Of a DNA stretch of 64,000 nucleotides, positions 58,301 to 64,000 are shown in pieces. Each line of letters opens with the position of its first letter. The first letter of the stretch is position 1. The DNA is from Raillietiella orientalis (lineage: Eukaryota), in contig JAYWIR010000046.1 in NCBI GenBank assembly GCA_036172245.1, forward strand, positions 496,001-560,000, given 5' to 3'. The notes under the pieces are model-generated. The model was not told the origin of the DNA. It was given only the letters and a program-made list of their open reading frames with translations, and ran no database searches. The position numbers and the translations under genes are program-made.

Positions 58301-59967
58301 CATAAATCTACTTAATGCATTAATAAGGGACGGATTACACCAAATGCCATCTTGTGAAATAATGCTCATACCGAATTTCAAAATTATTCAATAATTTTCA
58401 TTGATTTTATGACGTGCCTTGTTCAATAGTCTGCCAAACTATTTCTGTTGAGTAAAAATCTGGCATACGCGATACATAAGAATAATTAATTTGTAAGACT
58501 AGTAAATGCCAAGATGCAAATAACTGTTTTATGATAACTGTATCTATAGAACCATAAGGAATTATTGGAAAAAAAATCCCATAGTACATTAAAATAGCTG
58601 TCATGATTAGACAACAACAAATAAAAACAACTTTTGTTACTTTAGACTTTGACGCTTGCTGAGTGCACAGTTTAACTTTTCATTACTATTTTGAGATAAA
58701 TAAAAAAAGATTATCCTGTCATAATGGTAATTAGTGGTTGGCTTAGAAAATTATTCATTTGACAAATCCAGTCAAAATTACCTAGTGTTTTTTTTACAAA
58801 AGAATTTATTTACTGATGCTTTTCATAATGTTTTCCCCCTAAGAATCACACTAATTAAGCACCCCATGCAAATAAAAATTACTTTCTTCAGATTCTGATG
58901 CTTCATCTTAGATAACCACACATATTATTTAGAATAAGAAAACATTTCTTCACTGATTCCATTTAAATATAATATTGCTTGTAATTATTTTCACTTTCTA
59001 AAGTTTTTCTCCATTTCTTAATTTCTATGCCTGTTTACTGCATGCTATGTATATTGGATTAGAAATGTAAACATATACATTGTAAAGATACATATCCTGT
59101 AATGTATGTATTTTCCCTACATTCTCATCTGTTATTTCCGCCTTCTAAGATCATCAACTTCTTTAAGTGCAAGCGTTCTTTATTATATCCACGAGTCATA
59201 TAAATTAATGATTTGAAATTAATTAAAGGTTCTCAAGCAGTCATACACCATTCATTAAACTCCTGCTTATCGAAAATAATAAGTACTTTATCGGCACTTC
59301 TTACTGTAATTGTCTTGCTCATTTTCTGTTGTTTTGATACTGAAAGATTTCACTTTGTGAAAGGCTTTCAGGTTTGTTACAAATTTGTTATTTGAGGGGA
59401 GAAACAAAATTCGGAGAAATTTGAATGATGGTATTTGGTAACACTTGATTTGAGAGCATTGTTACGAATTATGCTAAGCATAATTCCTGTCTGATAAGCA
59501 TCGTTTCCTTTAAATTTATAATTATTAATCGATATCCCTGAAATGAATAAATCACTTAGTACTAATGCTGTTGACCTGCGATTAGTGTTCATGTATTAAT
59601 TGATTGCAAATAAATAAAAATGTTTATCAGTTGAAACTGCTTTTGCTTTGAGATCCCAGCATGAAGAGTAATTATTTTTGCAAACAGTATTGCTGAAAAT
59701 TGTGTGGTTGTATTTAAAAAAAATTATACAAAACTTGAAAATAGTTTTTTAATGTCAGTATTTATGTACCTTTCAGATACAGTATGGTGTGTATACCATG
59801 CATATTCATTCCAATATTGCTTTTTATTTGGTATAAATTTCTACAACCAATAGCATCAAAACTGTTTAAGCCTATTGAAGACTTGTGTAAACCTGAGAAA
59901 AAGTCAGAAGACTGCCCATCTACCAAAAATACTAAGGTGGACTGAATCAGTGGAATTTATTATGTTG

Positions 59968-60756
59968 TTATATCAACTTTTTTTTCTTTTGTAACTGCAT
60001 ATTTGATGGAGGACCTCCATAAGTAGTTAGTGATATCCTGTTCATATAATAAAGGGCAATCATAGATGAAATAAAACTGGAAGAAAAATACATAGAATGT
60101 TAAAATAGAGATTTCTGTCAGTTTATAGTAATTTTAGATTAATGAAGTTAAACTTACCACACAGTAACACAGACTCTGTGTACCAAAGCGGATGATGTTA
60201 TAGCAACGAGCAAGCATAGAATAACTGGAAGCAGATTTGAATTTGGATTGGATTATGTTAAACTTTAATTGTATACCTTCTGGGATAAGCCGGGTTTGAA
60301 ATGCTTTTCCAAATAATACTGCTTCTAGATTTCCTACCATCTATTTTTGTAGATAAAGAATCTGATGACAATAATTCTCTGCTTATATCCCATAAAAACC
60401 AACAGATACTTTTTTTTTATATTACAAAAGCCTTACATCAACTAACTTAAGTATGATGCGAAATTAAAGGATACAGTAAGGATGGACATAAAAAGTAGTG
60501 AACCAACATATCCTCCAAAAATGACAAACAGTTTTGATGATGATAACCAGTTACGGTACATCTGCATACCAGAAAATAGGAGCAATGTTAACATCAATGA
60601 TAAAAGGAATGAGGTTCCATTGGATACGGCTTTGGTACAATAAAAGATAAATGCTTTGAATTAATGCTATATCAAACACAATTCAATATAAATACATAAT
60701 TGCATGATACAAACTTTATTAATTTGAACAAGGAAGGAAGGAGTATCTTTACCCAT
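59968..60756 (-). CDS. KRTCAP2: Keratinocyte-associated protein 2 (KCP2, oligosaccharyltransferase accessory subunit); exons 60756-60753, 60629-60475, 60340-60277, 60224-60158, 60076-59968
   Basis: Spliced product MAVSNGTSFLLSLMLTLLLFSGMQMYRNWLSSSKLFVIFGGYVGSLLFMSILTMVGNLEAVLFGKAFQTRLIPEVILCLLVAITSSALVHRVCVTVCFISSMIALYYMNRISLTTYGGPPSNMQLQKKKKLI*. Family hallmarks GMQMY, NLE..FGK.FQ, HRVCVT.C and a C-terminal lysine-rich tail are present. All junctions are frame-consistent. Confidence 0.93.
60341..60474 (-). other. U12-type (minor spliceosome) GT-AG intron 2 of KRTCAP2
   Basis: Donor GTATCCTTT is the full U12 consensus. A branch-like TTCTTTATC lies just upstream of the AG, and there is no polypyrimidine tract (ACAAAAATAG). 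Confidence 0.85.
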
Positions 60757-61555
60757 GTTTCGGGATGTAGTTGCAATCCTAGGAGAATACGAAAGCAAAA
60801 CGATGCAATCCTGCAAATGCTAGAACGTGTACGAACTGCTATTAGTTTTGAGGCAGTGAGAAAGCTAAATGGGAATGGAAGTATAAAAATGCAAATGAGC
60901 TTTTGACGGCTGATACTGATAAAATATTAGAAAATTCCCAAGTGTATTAAATGTTTTTGAAAACGTATATTCCTCTGATTTCCCATATTTCCAAAACAAA
61001 ATGATTGTTTCAGTTAGCTTGAATAAATGTTATTCCTCTACAACCGCTTCTACTGCAAATTTCCCGAACAATTGAGATATTGTAAAATTCATTTTGCTTC
61101 TGATATATTCTCTTGTAGCGTCAACGAAACACTTATTGCCAATTGTTAATTAAATGAATTCCTTTGAACACGCAAAACTAATTTTCTTTGATATCACTCT
61201 TAGTTGCTACCACATACAGGGGTACTTTCAAATGATGTTCAAAATTTTAAATGCTAAACACAAACGTTATATGAACATTAGCAATATAAAACTCTTACTG
61301 ACATACAATGCTTTTTATTTAAGAATACAAATTTGCATGATTGAATGACCTTGAACTCTGGATGTAACTATTCCTGATTCAGTTTGCCCTGAAATTCCAA
61401 AAATACTCAAAGATCTCAACTTGAATACAATACAATCCATTTACAATAAAGATAATGGACGTATCTGAAACCATCTATAAATGGTTGTTTACAATTAACA
61501 ACTCTGAGGACAATATTTGCCTAAACAGAATTCATGAACTTTTATTTTTCAGCTA

Positions 61556-62726
61556 TCAAACATTGAGTCATTACAATTGTATTTTCAAGTTTTAATGATT
61601 GATGCTGGATGTCAAAAAAGGTAGGATTTGCGGTTTCTATATGATATTTGAACAAGAACTCTTTCTGCTTAGAAAAGTGACTATTTTTTTATTTGTATGC
61701 AAAACTTGGCATGCAGTCGGATTCATCATATTGCAATCTTTCGTTAAGAATTTTTATGAACGATATACCAAAGCCGTATCCAGTGGAACCTCATTCCTTT
61801 TATCATTGATGTTAGCATTGCTCCTATTTTCTGGTATGCAGATGTACCGTAACTGGTTATCATCATCAAAACTGTTTGTCATTTTTGGAGGATATGCTGA
61901 TTCACTACTTTTTATGTCCATCCTTACTGTATCCTTTAATTTCGCATCATACTTAAGTTAGTTGATGTAAGGCTTTTGTAATATAAAAAAAAAGTATCTG
62001 TTGGTTTTTATGGGATATTGCCGCACTGTTGATTTGAGTTGCTGCAGTTGAAAACTCAAAATTCCATTCTCACTTCTTTAAATCTTAGAACCATAATCCT
62101 AATCTATCTAGTTCCTAATTTGTTAGAGGTACTCAAAACTAAAAAAAAATCGAAAATCTAATTCAGGAAAATAATGAAACCAAAAGCTTCATATTCTGTT
62201 TAAACGAAGAAGAAAAATATTTTAGCAACAATTTCACTTTGTTCTGTATACTTCTCCAAGTTTTATAGGTCATATCCTTCCCCTAATGAGTGATTTCTTG
62301 GACATCAGAAAATTGCAAAATTTCTTTGTGAAAAAGAACAAATATAATAGAGTCCTTAAGATCGTAATCTTACTTTACTATTGCTATGCTGTGGTCCAGC
62401 AACAGCAATAATAAAAGAGAATTTGAACCTATCTTTCTTTTTGCCAGCTCTGATGATTCTAATTTTTACATGAACAACAATTCATCTGATTTGTCTCAGA
62501 CATCCAATCCAGACATCGTTCATAAAAACTCTTTCCGAAAGATTGCAATATGATGAACTCGACTGTGTGCCAAGTTTTGCACATAAATAAAAGAAGAATA
62601 GTCACTTTTCTTAGCAGAAAGAGTTCTTGTTCAAATATCATATAGAAACCGCAAATCCTACCTTTTTTGACATCCAGCATCAATCATTAAAACTTGAAAA
62701 TACAATTGTAATGACTCAATGTTTGA
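61556..62726. repeat. Inverted repeat pair 61556-61764 / 62515-62726 (about 210 nt arms)
   Basis: Direct reverse-complement match with scattered substitutions and a 3-nt indel. It also appears as the near-identical ORFs 61599+ and 62683- (MMLDVKKGRICGFYMIFEQELFLLRKVTI). Confidence 0.92.
61766..62018 (+). pseudogene. Inverted partial duplicate of KRTCAP2 exon 2 plus flanking intron (copy of 60385-60637)
   Basis: 253-nt reverse-complement match. The exon part has four substitutions (N>S, T>A, V>A, G>D), and no downstream exons exist on this strand. Confidence 0.9.
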
Positions 62727-64000
62727 ATCTAGAGTTAATTAGTCGTTCATATCGTTAATTTCTTGTTTCAAGGTTGGTGTTATCAAAGGAAATAAACTAG
62801 ATTTTGCATGTTTGACTTGAGATCATTATTTCAAAGCATAAGATCTACTGTGCCATTTATTACGTTACCTTCATTTTCTATGAGTGAGATAGACTAAACT
62901 GATAATCAACTTCACCGCTTTTTTAAATAAGTTGTATGCAAATTCCAACTGAATACCTTTAGTCTATTTCACGGTTTTGCCACAAAAATTTGGTTTGATG
63001 TTGAAGCTCCGCTGCAACAATAAATGAAAGTTGTGCATGAGGAAACAAAAACATGGATGTTTTTGAGTATTTCCTGTGTATAAGCTGGTGATGCAATGCC
63101 TGAAAGGATTCAACATATGTTTACAGCTACAGTGATTTAGCATTTAGCAGATAAGAATGCACTTTAATGTTTCCAAGATCTCAATGGCTTTTCATTCTTT
63201 ATAATTTTTTCCGGCAAAGCACGTTCGATACAACTCACAACCAGCTCTTCCTATGGTTTCTGTGTTTAATGAGATGTATAATTCCACCTCATTCTATTAT
63301 TTTATTTTATTTGTTATTATTTATGTGTATTCAGGAGCATCGTTGAAATAGTGGCAAGACATTAAAATGCTTTATACACAATGTAAAATCCAATTCTGTT
63401 TGTTTGTTTCTATGTTTTGTATCTACTCAGATATCAAATTTTGTTATAATTGTATTAAGTCACTTCTTGTGATGTGTTCGAGGAATAGATTTAAGATATC
63501 TCCAAAAAGGAGTTGAATTCGCGAATATCGTACGTGATTAGCAGTGCAATGCTTGATTTTGCTGAAAGCAGGATAAATTCAAATTTACTCGTTCAACATT
63601 GTTCATTTGATTTTTTTGAGCTATGCATAAGCTTTTGTAATGAGCGAGACTAAGACTGATGTGTATAAGAGTAAATATTGATTATAAAGCAGACTTTGCT
63701 TACACAAGTCGTGTGCGTTGGAGGATGCAACTAGGATGCGTCGTTTTAATAAATTCAAGGGATTTACTATTCGCAATAGCGTACTCGCGCATGGTCACAT
63801 TTGACCCTCGGCCCGCACACTCATACTCGGTTCACTTGAATGCTTGAAACCGTTTTATTTATCAATACCATTCTGATATGCAATTCAAACGCTTGTTTGT
63901 AATTATGGAACCATGCAATAAGCCAGGTTGAAAAAATGTTAAAGATATAAGTAAGTATTTATTTTCTAAATGTGTGGTTTTAGTCATTTTCTAATGATTC

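Noticed and set aside
59968..61961. KRTCAP2 apparently split across both strands (exon 2 on +, exons 3-5 on -), suggesting trans-splicing or an inversion
   Set aside because: An intact minus-strand exon 2 exists at 60629-60475 with proper splice sites. The + copy is a duplicate.

Overview
AT-rich eukaryotic (metazoan, probably arthropod-like) nuclear DNA with spliced genes. It is not prokaryotic: I see no operons, CRISPR arrays, rRNA or tRNA. Seven spliced protein-coding genes can be reconstructed by hand: FICD (-), eIF4A-III (-), an mTERF-family gene (-), WDFY2 (+), a small NDUFA3/B9-like gene (+), tuberin/TSC2 (-, about 19 kb) and KRTCAP2 (-). Intron sizes are strongly bimodal: many are 37-55 nt, others 0.4-3 kb. 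Two introns have U12 (minor spliceosome)-type donors. The most unusual structure is at 61556-62018. It is an inverted chimeric insertion built from two separate flanking segments, one containing all of KRTCAP2 exon 2 plus its U12 donor, and it creates two interlocked inverted-repeat pairs and a chimeric ORF. Also notable are TSC2 and the NDUFA3-like gene converging with stop codons 60 nt apart, and an unexplained GC/CpG-rich island (about 51.3-55.7 kb) with a cluster of strong hairpins, one pre-miRNA-sized. I found no evidence for a wholly new multi-gene system. Gene identities come from my recognition of protein motifs, not from database searches.
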